From contig CACWYB010000002.1 of NCBI GenBank assembly GCA_902765005.1, positions 141,058-205,057 on the forward strand: a stretch of DNA of 64,000 nt. Reading direction: 5' to 3'. The notes beneath the pieces were generated by a model. The model did not search any database. It saw only the letters and a list, made by a program, of their open reading frames with translations, and had not been told where the DNA came from. Made by a program: the position numbers and the translations under genes. This DNA comes from an uncultured Eubacteriales bacterium (GTDB taxonomy: Bacteria > Bacillota > Clostridia > Christensenellales > CAG-138). Below, in pieces: positions 53,055 through 62,767 of this stretch; position 1 is the stretch's first letter; each line of letters starts with the position of its first letter.

Positions 53055-53891
53055 TCAGTCCTTCACATCCTTGAGGAGGGATTCCGTGAGCTTATCCAGC
53101 CAGGGCCCTTCATAAAGCTCGATGAGCCCCGCGTCCACAGCGGCGGAGAGCTTGGGGTTGATGGGGATCCGGGCGGTCTCGGGGATGCTGTTCTTCTCGG
53201 CGACCTCCTCCAGATGGCTCTCGCCGAAGAGGAAGTGCTTCTTGCCGCAATCGGGGCACTCAAAGTAGCTCAGGTTCTCCACGATGCCCACGATGGGCAC
53301 GTTCATGAGCCCCGCCATCTTCACGGCCTTTTCCACGATCATGCCCACCAGCTCCTGGGGAGAGGTGACCACCACGATGCCGTCCACGGGGATGGACTGC
53401 ATGACGGTCAGGGGCACATCGCCGGTGCCCGGCGGCATGTCCACGTAGAGCACGTCCACGTCCTTCCAGACCACATCGGTCCAGAACTGCTTCACCGCCC
53501 CGGCGATGACCGGGCCCCGCCATACCACGGGGGAGGTCTCGTCCGGCAGGAGCAGGTTGATGCTCATCATCTGGATGCCCGTCTTGGATTCGGAGGCGAA
53601 CAGAGCGTCCTCGGTGCCCGTGGCCTTGTCATGGATGCCGAAGGCCTGGGGAATGGAGGGGCCGGTCACGTCCGCGTCCAGGATGGCGGCCCGGTAGCCC
53701 GCCCGCTGGGTGTTCACCGCCAGCAGGGAGGTGACCAGGGATTTGCCCACGCCGCCCTTGCCGCTGAGGACCGCGATGACCTTTTTCACCTTGGACAGGG
53801 GGTTGGGGGCTTCCAGAAAGCTCTTGGGGTCCCGACTGGGGCAGTTGAGGCCGCAACTGGAGCAGTCATGATTGCATTCTTCCATTATCAA
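53055..53891 (-). CDS. Mrp/NBP35/ApbC-family Fe-S cluster carrier ATPase
   Basis: 278 aa with an N-terminal Cys motif (CNHDCSSCGLNC), the deviant Walker A LSGKGGVGKS, and CPDCGK. Confidence 0.85.
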   Translation of the reverse strand: MIMEECNHDCSSCGLNCPSRDPKSFLEAPNPLSKVKKVIAVLSGKGGVGKSLVTSLLAVNTQRAGYRAAILDADVTGPSIPQAFGIHDKATGTEDALFASESKTGIQMMSINLLLPDETSPVVWRGPVIAGAVKQFWTDVVWKDVDVLYVDMPPGTGDVPLTVMQSIPVDGIVVVTSPQELVGMIVEKAVKMAGLMNVPIVGIVENLSYFECPDCGKKHFLFGESHLEEVAEKNSIPETARIPINPKLSAAVDAGLIELYEGPWLDKLTESLLKDVKD

Positions 53892-53917
53892 TACCCTTTC
53901 GTTTTATTTGTTCCGTT

Positions 53918-54646
53918 CTATTGATCTTCCTCCAGGAGGAAGGACAATGCTTCGCCGATCTTCTCGTGGACGCAGAGGGTGGCCTGGTCGTCCCGGTCCG
54001 TTTTGCTCAGGTTGATGAGCACCAGCTCCTTGCCCGAGAAGTAGTCGATAAGGCCCGCCGCCGGGTAGACCACCAGGGAGGTGCCCCCCACGATCAGGGT
54101 GTCCGCCCGCTGGATGTGGGTCACGGCGGAAATGAGAGTGTTGGTGTCCAGCCCCTCGCCGTAGAGGACCACGTCGGGCTTGATGATGCCGCCGCAAGTG
54201 CAGGTGGGCACGCCTTGGCTCTGCTGGATATATTCCATAGGGTAGAACTTGCGGCACTTGGTGCAGTAGTTCCTGTGAACGCTGCCATGGAGCTCCAGCA
54301 CGCTTCGGCTCCCCGCGTCCTGGTGGAGCCCGTCGATGTTCTGGGTGATGACGGCGGTGAGCTTGCCCTGCCGCTCCAGCTTCGCCAGGGCCCGGTGGGC
54401 CTTGTTGGGCCGGGCGTCGGGATACAGGAGGTATTTTTTGTAGTAATCGTAAAAGATATCCGTGTGGCGCCAGAAGAAATCGTGGCTCAGGAGCACCTCC
54501 GGGGTGTGCCCGTAGGCGGTCTGGGCTTTGTAGATGCCGTCGGCGCTGCGAAAGTCGGGGATGCCGCTTTCCGTGGACAGGCCGGCCCCGCCTAAAAAGG
54601 CGATGCGCCGGCTGTTTTCGATCACTTGTTTCAATCGCTCGTTCAT
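53918..54646 (-). CDS. NAD-dependent protein deacylase (Sir2 family)
   Basis: 242 aa with GAGLSTESGIPDFRS, ITQNIDGLH and the Zn ribbon CTKC...CTCGG. Confidence 0.85.
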   Translation of the reverse strand: MNERLKQVIENSRRIAFLGGAGLSTESGIPDFRSADGIYKAQTAYGHTPEVLLSHDFFWRHTDIFYDYYKKYLLYPDARPNKAHRALAKLERQGKLTAVITQNIDGLHQDAGSRSVLELHGSVHRNYCTKCRKFYPMEYIQQSQGVPTCTCGGIIKPDVVLYGEGLDTNTLISAVTHIQRADTLIVGGTSLVVYPAAGLIDYFSGKELVLINLSKTDRDDQATLCVHEKIGEALSFLLEEDQ

Positions 54647-54724
54647 AGGGGCAGTATACCATATCCGCCGGAAAGGGTCAACGGCTCTTTACCGAAAGGC
54701 CCGTTTGCGGTATACTTCTCCTAT

Positions 54725-56191
54725 ATGGAACACGGGTGGAACAAGCGGCGGTTTTTCAACGAACGGCCCATGCTCTGGGGCATTTTGGGCACCCTGCTGG
54801 GGGCCCTTTTGGCCGTGCGCCTGGGGGCCGCTCTCCTGTGGGGCCTGGGCCTTTTGGCGGTGGGGCTGGGCGCCTTTCTCCTTTGGCGGGGGAAGATCGT
54901 CTACGCCCTGCCGCTCCTGTTGGGCCTGCTGCTCCTGCGGGGCGCGGTGCTCCCCGGGGTGCGGGTGGTTCCGGGGGAATACGAGGTTTGCGGCACCCTC
55001 ATCGACGATCCGGAGCGGGAGAAGGGGGAGACCCGGGCGGTCCTTGGCCGGGTGACCCTGGACGGCCGGCGGGTGCCGGGAGCGCTGGCCCTGCGCATCC
55101 CCTATGACGCGGCCCTTGCCTATGGGGACGCCCTTGCCCTCAGGGCCCAGGTGGCGCCGGAGGAAGGCGGGGCGGCCGTGGGCCTTTCCACGGTGCTGTA
55201 TGGGGCCGAGGCCAGGGGCAGCATTCGGGTGAGCGAGGGGCGGGCGGATCCGCTGTACGGCTGGGCCCTTTTCTGCCGGCAGCGGCTGGAAGCGGCGGCG
55301 GACGCCCTGTTTTCCGATCAGGCCGGGCCGGCCAAGGGCATGCTCTTCGGGGACAAGGACGACATCCATTATCTGACCTTCCGAGCCTATCAGCGCAGCG
55401 GCCTCTTGCATCTGCTGACCGTGTCGGGCCTCCATGTGGGGGTGGTGTGCGGGGCGGCCCTGCAGCTGATCCGGGGCCGGCGCAAGTGGCTGCGCTTTGG
55501 CCTCTCCCTGGCGGTGGTGGGGCTTTTCTGCCTGCTCACGGGCCTTTCGCCCTCCTCCCTGCGGGCAGCCATCATGCTGCTCATCGTGCGCTTCTCCCAC
55601 CTGCTGGACCGGCAGGACGACCCCATCAGCCAGATCGGCTTTGCCCTCTGGGCGCTGCTGATGGTGAACCCCTATCTGCTGACTTCCATGGGCTTCTGTT
55701 TGTCCTTTGGGTCGGTTTGGAGCCTTGCCTGCCTCACCAAGCCTCTGCTGGACCTCCTGGGCGGCCGGCGGGAGAGCCTGCGGGGGCTGCTGGCGGGGTC
55801 CCTGAGCGTGTGTTTGGGGATCGCACCCCTTCTGTCCCGGGCGGACGGGGTGGTGTCCCTCATGGGGGTGCCCCTGTCGTTGCTGGCCCTGCCGGCGGCG
55901 CCCCTGTTCCTGATCCCCGGGTGGATCGCCGTGCTGCTCTATTTGGTGTTCCCCGGCGCGGCACGGGTGGTGGCCCTGCTTCCCCAGGGGGTGCTCTACT
56001 ATCTGGACGCCCTCTCCCGGCTGGCCCCGGTGTCGGGGCTCACGGTGCCCCCGGCCGGCGGCGTCGCCCTGGGGCTGTGGTTCACAGGGATGCTGTTCGT
56101 GTCGGAATATTTCCTGCCCAACGGCCGCAGGCCCGCCTATCTGGGCTGGGGTTTGCTCATGGCCGGGACGCTGGTCTGGTTTTTAGCATAG
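54725..56191 (+). CDS. comEC: ComEC/Rec2-family membrane protein (no metallo-beta-lactamase domain)
   Basis: Start taken at MEHGWNKRRFF (ATG 54725). The competence-domain motif YQRSGLLHLLTVSGLHVGVV is present and the protein is polytopic. Confidence 0.75.
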   Translation: MEHGWNKRRFFNERPMLWGILGTLLGALLAVRLGAALLWGLGLLAVGLGAFLLWRGKIVYALPLLLGLLLLRGAVLPGVRVVPGEYEVCGTLIDDPEREKGETRAVLGRVTLDGRRVPGALALRIPYDAALAYGDALALRAQVAPEEGGAAVGLSTVLYGAEARGSIRVSEGRADPLYGWALFCRQRLEAAADALFSDQAGPAKGMLFGDKDDIHYLTFRAYQRSGLLHLLTVSGLHVGVVCGAALQLIRGRRKWLRFGLSLAVVGLFCLLTGLSPSSLRAAIMLLIVRFSHLLDRQDDPISQIGFALWALLMVNPYLLTSMGFCLSFGSVWSLACLTKPLLDLLGGRRESLRGLLAGSLSVCLGIAPLLSRADGVVSLMGVPLSLLALPAAPLFLIPGWIAVLLYLVFPGAARVVALLPQGVLYYLDALSRLAPVSGLTVPPAGGVALGLWFTGMLFVSEYFLPNGRRPAYLGWGLLMAGTLVWFLA

Positions 56192-56194
56192 GAG

Positions 56195-57160
56195 GTGCCC
56201 ATGTTTTACGCGCAGTATGAAAGCCCCCTGGGACCCTTGACCCTTGCCTCCGACGGACAGGCCTTGACGGGCCTTGCCTTCGGCCCCGCTCCGGCGCCGG
56301 CCGGCGGGCTGCCCCTGTTCGCGGAGGCGGCTGCCTGGCTGGACACCTATTTTGCCGGCCGTGACCCGGAGAGGATCCCGCCCATTGCCCCGGCGGGCAC
56401 GGCCTTCCAGCAGAAGGTGTGGCAGGCCCTGCTCGCCATCCCCTTTGGGCAGACCGCCAGCTACGGCCAGATCGCCGGTTGGGTGGGCTGCCGCTCCGCC
56501 CGAGCCGTGGGCCAGGCCGTCCACAACAACCCCATCAGCCTGATCATTCCTTGCCATCGGGTGATCGGCGCCGGCGGGAGCCTGACGGGCTACGCCGGAG
56601 GCCTGGACGTCAAGCGGCGGCTGCTCGCGATGGAGGAGAGCCGCATGCGGCTGCTGTTCACCCTGGACGCGGGGGACTACCCGGAGGGCCAAAAGGCCTT
56701 TTCCCGGCCATCCGCCCGGGCCATCGTGATCGAAAAGGGCCGGGTGGCCATGGTCTACAGCCAGAAGTTCGGCCATTACAAGTTCCCCGGCGGCGGCATC
56801 GACGAGGGGGAGAGCCGGGAGGCGGCCCTCATCCGGGAGGCCCGGGAGGAGGCGGGGCTTGCCCTGCGCCCGGACAGCATCCGACCCTACGGCTTCGTCC
56901 ACCGCATCGAAAAAGGGGACAGGGAGCCCCTCTTCATCCAGGACAATTTCTACTATCTGGCCGAGGCGGAGGCCATCGTCCCCCAGCAGCTGGACGGCTA
57001 CGAGGCGGAGGAGGGCTACACCCTCCGGTGGATGGATCCCCAGGAGGCCATCGAGGCCAACCGGGCCCGGATTCTCACCGTGGAGCCCGACCATCGGCCC
57101 ATGCTTCTGCGGGAAGCCATGGTTCTGGAACGCCTGCAGGCGGAGGGGTTGTTGCAATAA
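56195..57160 (+). CDS. methylated-DNA-protein-cysteine methyltransferase (Ogt/MGMT) fused to a NUDIX hydrolase domain
   Basis: The N-terminal ~155 aa carry the active site IIPCHRVIG. The C-terminal ~165 aa carry the Nudix box GGGIDEGESREAALIREAREEAGL. Confidence 0.8.
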   Translation: MPMFYAQYESPLGPLTLASDGQALTGLAFGPAPAPAGGLPLFAEAAAWLDTYFAGRDPERIPPIAPAGTAFQQKVWQALLAIPFGQTASYGQIAGWVGCRSARAVGQAVHNNPISLIIPCHRVIGAGGSLTGYAGGLDVKRRLLAMEESRMRLLFTLDAGDYPEGQKAFSRPSARAIVIEKGRVAMVYSQKFGHYKFPGGGIDEGESREAALIREAREEAGLALRPDSIRPYGFVHRIEKGDREPLFIQDNFYYLAEAEAIVPQQLDGYEAEEGYTLRWMDPQEAIEANRARILTVEPDHRPMLLREAMVLERLQAEGLLQ

Positions 57161-57326
57161 TTTCACAAGTCGGCGGCAAAATATTTGCCGAAAGCCCAAT
57201 TTGAGCCCGGTTTTTTGTTGCACTTGCAGGTCCGGTTGTGCTATAATTCCATCTGTATAGATATGGATGGGGTATCCCGTGTTGTTTCGTGTGCGCGGAA
57301 TCCCGATGAGAAAGCGTGGAGGAAGC

Positions 57327-58523
57327 ATGAAACCCGCAACGATACTGGATGTGGGCAGTTCCAAAGTGGTGTGCCTGTGCGGCAGCATGGTCGACAAGGA
57401 TGGTATTGTCGTCCATGGGGCCGGCATCAGCGCATACGCCGGCTTTCGGGACGGGGCTTTCCTTGACAAGCAGAGCCTGCACAACGCCGTGGTGGAATGC
57501 GTGCAGAAGACGGAGCAGGAGAGCCGGGTCCGGATCCGGGATGTGGCCCTCACCGTGCCCGCCGCCTTCGCCCGGCTGGAGCTGTGCGACGCCACCATCG
57601 CCCTGGGCACTTCCCGCCTGGTGGAGAGCAGCGACGTGGACAAGCTCATCCACCTCTCCCTGCAGAAGGCCAAGAAGGAGGAGGGCTGGACCCTTATGCA
57701 CTCCACCCCCGTCTTCTTCATGGTGGACGGGGTCTCCTCCACGGAGATGCCCGACGGGGTCACCGCCGAGGAGGTTTCTGCCCTGGTGAGCCACATGTTC
57801 GTCAGGGACGAGTACATCCGCACCGTGCAGGACGCCCTGGACGATCTGGGCGTGGAGATCAGCATGTGCGTCAGCGCCCAGCTGGGCGAGGCGGTCATGC
57901 TCATCCCCGACAACGAGCGGGTGCGCCCCGCGGTCCTCATCGACGTGGGCTACATGCAGACGGACGTGGCCGTGGTGGAAAACGCGGCCCTGACCGGCCT
58001 TGCCACTTTGCCCGTGGGCGGATATCAGTTCGCCTCGGATCTTTCCTTTGGGCTGGATGTGCCCATGGACGCCGCCGAGCAGGCCAAGCGCCGCTTCGTC
58101 TTCTCCCTGGACTACAAGGACAAGACCGAGATCCTGCGCACGGCCGCCGGCTCCAAGAAGGTTTCTCACCAGGCCATCTCCTATATCATCGAGGCCCGGG
58201 CCGGTGAGCTGGCGGGGATGATCCGCCGGGAAATGGAAGAATTGGGCGTCAATCTGGACGCCCGCCCCGCCGTGTATGTGTCCGGCGGCGGACTCCTCAT
58301 GATGCGCGGAGGGCTCGACTTTTTGCGGAACGCCCTGAACATGCCCCTGAAGCGGGACATGCCCTGGACGCCTCGCCTCTCCTCGCCCAACTACTGCAGC
58401 GCCTTCGGCGCGCTGGACTTCGTGTTGAAGGCCAACAACCCGCCGGAGGAATCCATGGCCAAGCAGCAGGACGATCGCCTGTCCCGGCTGCTTCAGAAAA
58501 TAAAAGATTTCTTCATGAAATAA
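57327..58523 (+). CDS. ftsA: cell-division protein FtsA (actin-fold ATPase)
   Basis: Start taken at MKPATILDVGSSKVVCL (ATG 57327, GGAGGAAG RBS). It has LIDVGYMQTDVAVV and lies immediately upstream of ftsZ. Confidence 0.85.
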   Translation: MKPATILDVGSSKVVCLCGSMVDKDGIVVHGAGISAYAGFRDGAFLDKQSLHNAVVECVQKTEQESRVRIRDVALTVPAAFARLELCDATIALGTSRLVESSDVDKLIHLSLQKAKKEEGWTLMHSTPVFFMVDGVSSTEMPDGVTAEEVSALVSHMFVRDEYIRTVQDALDDLGVEISMCVSAQLGEAVMLIPDNERVRPAVLIDVGYMQTDVAVVENAALTGLATLPVGGYQFASDLSFGLDVPMDAAEQAKRRFVFSLDYKDKTEILRTAAGSKKVSHQAISYIIEARAGELAGMIRREMEELGVNLDARPAVYVSGGGLLMMRGGLDFLRNALNMPLKRDMPWTPRLSSPNYCSAFGALDFVLKANNPPEESMAKQQDDRLSRLLQKIKDFFMK

Positions 58524-58538
58524 CAAGGGGGACTCAAG

Positions 58539-59756
58539 ATGTTTGAACAGGATTTAGAAGGAGCATCCTTTGCTCAGATCAAGGTCATTGGTGTGGGCGG
58601 CGCCGGCTGCAACGCGGTGAACCGCATGGTCCAGTACGGCCTGCAGGGCGTGGAATTTATTGCCGTGAACACGGATAAGCAGGCCCTTTCCATGAATAAG
58701 GGCGACAGCAAGATCCAGATCGGCGAGAAGCTGACCAAGGGCCTGGGCGCCGGTGCGGACCCCGAGATCGGCCGCAAGGCTGCCGACGAGAGCCGGGATC
58801 TCATTCAGGAAGCCCTGCGCGGGGCGGATATGGTGTTCATCACCGCCGGTATGGGCGGCGGCACCGGCACGGGCGCGGCACCCATCGTGGCTCAGTGCGC
58901 CAAGGAGATGGGCATCCTCACCGTGGGCGTGGTCACCAAGCCCTTCACCTTTGAGGGCCGGGTCCGCATGCGCAACGCCGAAGCGGGCATCGAGAACCTG
59001 AAGCCTGCGGTGGACACCCTCATCACCATCCCCAACGATAAGCTCATCGCCCTGGTGGGCAAGGCGTCCCTGCCCGACGCCCTCCGGGTGGCCGACGATG
59101 TGCTCCGTCAGGGCATCCAGGGCATCTCCGATCTCATCGCCGTGCCCGCCATGATCAACCTTGACTTCGCCGATGTGAAGACCATCATGAAGGAAAAGGG
59201 CATGGCTCACATGGGCATCGGCACCGCCTGCGGCGAGAAGCGGGCCAGCGAAGCGGCCAAGCAGGCCGTGGAGAGCCCCTTGCTGGAGACCAGCATCGAC
59301 GGCGCCAAGGGCATCCTCATGAACATCACCGGCGGCCCGGATCTGAGCCTGCTGGAGGTCAACGAGGCTGCCGAGCTCATCCAGCAGTCCGCCGACCCCG
59401 ACGCCAACATCATCTTCGGCGCCGACATCGACGAGTCCATGGGCGACGCCCTTCGGATCACCGTCATCGCCACCGGGTTCGACAAGGCCGAGGTGGGCAA
59501 GTCCGCCCAGCAGCCCCTGGTGTTCGGCAGCCGTCCCGCTGCGGCGCCTCGGGCCTACACCGCGCCCCAGGCTGTGCCCGTGTCCGCGGAGAACGCCTTC
59601 TCCGCCCGTCCCTATGCCCAGCTCAAGGATGACGACGTGCCCGCCGCCGAGCCCGAGCAGAAGAAGGAGAGCACCTTCACCGAGCAGGACATCCGCCGGG
59701 AGTACACCAACCGTCCCGCCAACAAGCTGGACATCCCCGCCTTCCTGCGCAAATAA
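58539..59756 (+). CDS. ftsZ: cell-division GTPase FtsZ
   Basis: 405 aa with [17 protein letters not shown], the tubulin signature [12 protein letters not shown], and the C-terminal peptide LDIPAFLRK. Confidence 0.97.
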   Translation: MFEQDLEGASFAQIKVIGVGGAGCNAVNRMVQYGLQGVEFIAVNTDKQALSMNKGDSKIQIGEKLTKGLGAGADPEIGRKAADESRDLIQEALRGADMVFITAGMGGGTGTGAAPIVAQCAKEMGILTVGVVTKPFTFEGRVRMRNAEAGIENLKPAVDTLITIPNDKLIALVGKASLPDALRVADDVLRQGIQGISDLIAVPAMINLDFADVKTIMKEKGMAHMGIGTACGEKRASEAAKQAVESPLLETSIDGAKGILMNITGGPDLSLLEVNEAAELIQQSADPDANIIFGADIDESMGDALRITVIATGFDKAEVGKSAQQPLVFGSRPAAAPRAYTAPQAVPVSAENAFSARPYAQLKDDDVPAAEPEQKKESTFTEQDIRREYTNRPANKLDIPAFLRK

Positions 59757-59773
59757 ACCTGATCCGACCCATG

Positions 59774-59804
59774 ACACCGGGAGAAAACGCCCGGTGTTTT
59801 TTTG
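59774..59804 (+). terminator. rho-independent terminator after ftsZ
   Basis: acaccggg (59774-59781) pairs with cccggtgt (59790-59797), followed by T7. Confidence 0.85.
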
Positions 59805-59894
59805 TCGGCTTGACATGAATTTTGCGGCATAGTATAGTGAACTATACACCCGCTGCGAACCCGGAAACGGCCCGGCAGCAAAAGGAGGACCCCC

Positions 59895-61334
59895 ATGAAA
59901 CGCTTCTTTTCCCTGACCCTTGCCCTGCTCATGGCGGCGCTGCTCTTTGCCCCCGCCCCCGCCGTCCGGGCGGAAGATGAGGCTTCGGAGAACCCCTATG
60001 TGGGCCTGTGGCGCGTGATCCGGCTGCAGAGCGGCGACACCGACATTGCGCCGGAAGACGCGGGCTTGGCCGTGTATTTTGACTTCCGCCCCAGCGGCGC
60101 CATCTATGCCATACGGGTCCAAAACGGCAAGGCGGAGGAGAACTATTTTGCCTACTCCGTCAGCGGCGAGAACACCCTGTATCTGTTTGAGGACGACGAG
60201 TATGTCGCTGCCGTCTACGACCCGGCCGCCGGCACCATCGTCACCGAAAAATCAGAGGGAGCCGTGGCGTTTACCCTCCAGCGGGTGACGGAGGACCCCC
60301 TGCCTGACCTGGCCTCAATGGTGGACCGCAGCGGCGAGGCGCAGACCTATTATATCTATCAGATGATGCGGGACGGCCAGACCGTCTACATGCTGGACGC
60401 CCTGACCACCATGGTGCTGGATGTGGACGATTTCTTCATCACCCTCTCCCCGGACGGCACGGGCTATCTCCAATTCGGCGAGGAGGAGGCCGGCGGTGAG
60501 ATCACCTGGGATGAGAGCAGCTTCACCGCGGAAGGGGGGAGCGCGCCCTACACCCGCCAGGGGGACCATATCCTGATGGATATAAACGGCCAGATCGCGG
60601 AGTTTGCCCCCGAAGGCGAGGTGGAAGCTCTGCTGGAGCGGATGGAAGGCCTGAAGAAGATCGCCGAGACCCCCACCGGCAGCTTCCCGGAGAAGCTGAC
60701 CGCGGAGACGCTGGCCGGCCAGTGGGCGTTGACCACCATCACCTATAACGGGGTCACCGTTCCTGTCAGCGCCTTGAATATGGAGATGACCATGGTCTTC
60801 TCTGCGGACGGCTCCATCCAGGCCAGCTACAAGGAGGGGGATGACGCGGAGGAAGCCCCCATGACCTATGAGCTCACCGGGGACACGACCCTGATCATCC
60901 GCAGCGAGGAGGGGGAAGCTCTGGATGCGGTGTACGACCCGGCCACCGGCCGCATCACCATCCTCCAGGAGGATAACAACATGATCCTGGAGCGGGCCGA
61001 CGGCCTTTGGAACAACGCGCCGGAAGCCTCCGCGCCGAAAGCCGATGCCGCCGAAGCGGATCTTCTGGGCGACTGGGAGATGGTCCGGGGCAGCGTGTCG
61101 GGCATCACCGTTCCCGCCAGCCAGATCGGCACCACCATGGCCCTGACATTGAAGGAAGACGGCACCGCCGTGTTCTCCTCCAACGGGTCCGTCAACGACA
61201 TCCAGTGGGATCGCACGGAGGAGGGCGTGGCCCTGCGGGCAGGCACCATCAGCCTGTACACCCTGACCTTTGACGGCGAAACCTTGACCCTGTCCACCAT
61301 GGGCGTGGATCTGATCTTCGAGAAGAAAAACTGA
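59895..61334 (+). CDS. secreted protein of unknown function (paralog A)
   Basis: 479 aa with the signal peptide MKRFFSLTLALLMAALLFAPAPAVRA. It has internally repeated modules and a terminator downstream. Confidence 0.7.
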   Translation: MKRFFSLTLALLMAALLFAPAPAVRAEDEASENPYVGLWRVIRLQSGDTDIAPEDAGLAVYFDFRPSGAIYAIRVQNGKAEENYFAYSVSGENTLYLFEDDEYVAAVYDPAAGTIVTEKSEGAVAFTLQRVTEDPLPDLASMVDRSGEAQTYYIYQMMRDGQTVYMLDALTTMVLDVDDFFITLSPDGTGYLQFGEEEAGGEITWDESSFTAEGGSAPYTRQGDHILMDINGQIAEFAPEGEVEALLERMEGLKKIAETPTGSFPEKLTAETLAGQWALTTITYNGVTVPVSALNMEMTMVFSADGSIQASYKEGDDAEEAPMTYELTGDTTLIIRSEEGEALDAVYDPATGRITILQEDNNMILERADGLWNNAPEASAPKADAAEADLLGDWEMVRGSVSGITVPASQIGTTMALTLKEDGTAVFSSNGSVNDIQWDRTEEGVALRAGTISLYTLTFDGETLTLSTMGVDLIFEKKN

Positions 61335-61347
61335 CCCGCATGAAAGA

Positions 61348-61376
61348 AAGCCTCCTGCCCGGGAGGCTTTTTTGTT
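61348..61376 (+). terminator. rho-independent terminator
   Basis: aagcctcc (61348-61355) pairs with ggaggctt (61362-61369), followed by a T-run. Confidence 0.8.
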
Positions 61377-61446
61377 TCCTTGCCTTGACCGGGGTTTGCT
61401 CCAAGGGTATACTGGTGGTATCGTATTCTGAAGCAAGGAGGCCCCC

Positions 61447-62514
61447 TTGAAACCCATCCTCTGCGCCCTTTTGACGGCCCTGCTGCTGCTTTTCCCCCTG
61501 GCCCCGGTTCGCGCCGCGGAGCATGAGCCCCTGGTCCGAGCAGCCGCGGACATCACCGAGCCTACCCTCTATTACTGCTATGCTATGATCGTAGCCGGCG
61601 AGGGCCTGAATGCCCGGGGGCTTTGGGAGCGGCAGATGGACCCCCGCGCCTATTCCCTGCTGCTGCGGCCCGACGGCACGGGCAGCATCCGGCTGGGGGA
61701 TGAAAACACCTTCGACATTCAATGGACCGAGGACACCATCACCGTCGTTGATATCGATACCCTTCCCTACACCTGGCAGGGCAGCCACATTCTGCTGACG
61801 ATCAAGGGCGTCACCACCATTGAGTTTGCCCCGGCGGCGGAGGTGGAGGCTTTGCTGGCGGAAAAAACGGAGGGGCTGTCCGCCTTTTCGGCCTTCGATA
61901 TCCCCGCGTTTTCCCCCGAAGCGGTGGCGGACGCCTGGTCCCGCCTGGATTCGGACCAGGGGACCGGCGGCATCCGGGTGATCGAGATCGACCTTGCCGG
62001 GGGCTGCACCGCCTTCTATCCCCGGGAGGACGGCACGCTGGCGCCCCGAGCCATGACCTATTCGATCCAAGGGGACGATCTGCTGGTCAGCGACGAGGCA
62101 GAAACCCTGATCTTCCGCTATGACATGGAGAGCGATCGGCTCCTGCTCGCCACGGAGGCGGGGGAGGCGGCCTTTGTTCGGGATCCCCGGGCCATGCTGC
62201 CCCTTATAGACACCGCTCCATATATGGGCACCTGGCAGGCAGCAAAGATGCGGTTTGAGGAATATGTTTACCCCATGCCTGAGAATAGCCCCCGGCTCAG
62301 GATCACCCTGAACGCCGACGGTTCCGCCGCATACGAATACAACGGCACCACGGAGGGCCTGTCCTGGGGCGTTGCCAACGATAGGATCACCCTCTTTGCT
62401 CCCAACGGCGCCCCCCTTGAGCTGCAGTTTTTCTTCGCGGAGGGCATCGTCCAGCTCTCCATGAACTTGGGCGGCACCCTCGCCACCGTTCTTTTCGAGC
62501 GGACGGCGAACTGA
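61447..62514 (+). CDS. secreted protein of unknown function (paralog B)
   Basis: 355 aa with a TTG start after AAGGAGG. The signal peptide is KPILCALLTALLLLFPLAPVRA. It shares a module with paralog A (PYTWQGSHILLTIKGVTTIEFAPAAEVEALLAEKTEGL versus PYTRQGDHILMDINGQIAEFAPEGEVEALLERMEGL). Confidence 0.7.
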   Translation: MKPILCALLTALLLLFPLAPVRAAEHEPLVRAAADITEPTLYYCYAMIVAGEGLNARGLWERQMDPRAYSLLLRPDGTGSIRLGDENTFDIQWTEDTITVVDIDTLPYTWQGSHILLTIKGVTTIEFAPAAEVEALLAEKTEGLSAFSAFDIPAFSPEAVADAWSRLDSDQGTGGIRVIEIDLAGGCTAFYPREDGTLAPRAMTYSIQGDDLLVSDEAETLIFRYDMESDRLLLATEAGEAAFVRDPRAMLPLIDTAPYMGTWQAAKMRFEEYVYPMPENSPRLRITLNADGSAAYEYNGTTEGLSWGVANDRITLFAPNGAPLELQFFFAEGIVQLSMNLGGTLATVLFERTAN

Positions 62515-62528
62515 GCCCAAAACCAAAA

Positions 62529-62553
62529 AGGAGCCTCAAGCAGGCTCCTTTTT
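62529..62553 (+). terminator. rho-independent terminator
   Basis: aggagcct (62529-62536) pairs with aggctcct (62542-62549), followed by TTTTT. Confidence 0.8.
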
Positions 62554-62705
62554 GAGTGGCTAACTATTCTGTTTCGGTGAGGGCGGAGAAGGCGCTGAGC
62601 ATATACGGCTCGTAGGGATTCCAGATGATCACGCCGGGGCGGGGGGGTGACCTCCGGTTCGGATGCGGGGGCAGGGGACTTTGGAAAAACAGGGCCTCTT
62701 TTCGG

Positions 62706-62734
62706 TTGACGGGCGGGGGGTTTGCCGCTATGAT
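62706..62734 (+). promoter_or_regulatory. sigma-A-type promoter of the GH31 gene
   Basis: TTGACG (62706-62711) is separated by 17 nt from TATGAT (62729-62734). Confidence 0.5.
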
Positions 62735-62767
62735 ATTTGATAGAACGCATAGTGAAAGGAGACGGAA

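Noticed and set aside
44799-62526. Long opposite-strand ORFs in the GC-rich right part (for example 44799-46019, 45937-47430, 47478-49484, 49187-50323, 49956-50954, 50866-51855, 53214-53924, 53904-54662, 54689-55600, 56183-57940, 57075-58526, 58554-60122, 60315-61556, 61249-62526)
   Set aside because: Each overlaps a gene with strong motifs (LCP, Wzz-like, transglutaminase, bioY, mrp, sirtuin, comEC, ogt-nudix, ftsA, ftsZ, secreted paralogs). Their compositions are the Arg/Gly/Pro/His-rich pattern typical of shadow frames.
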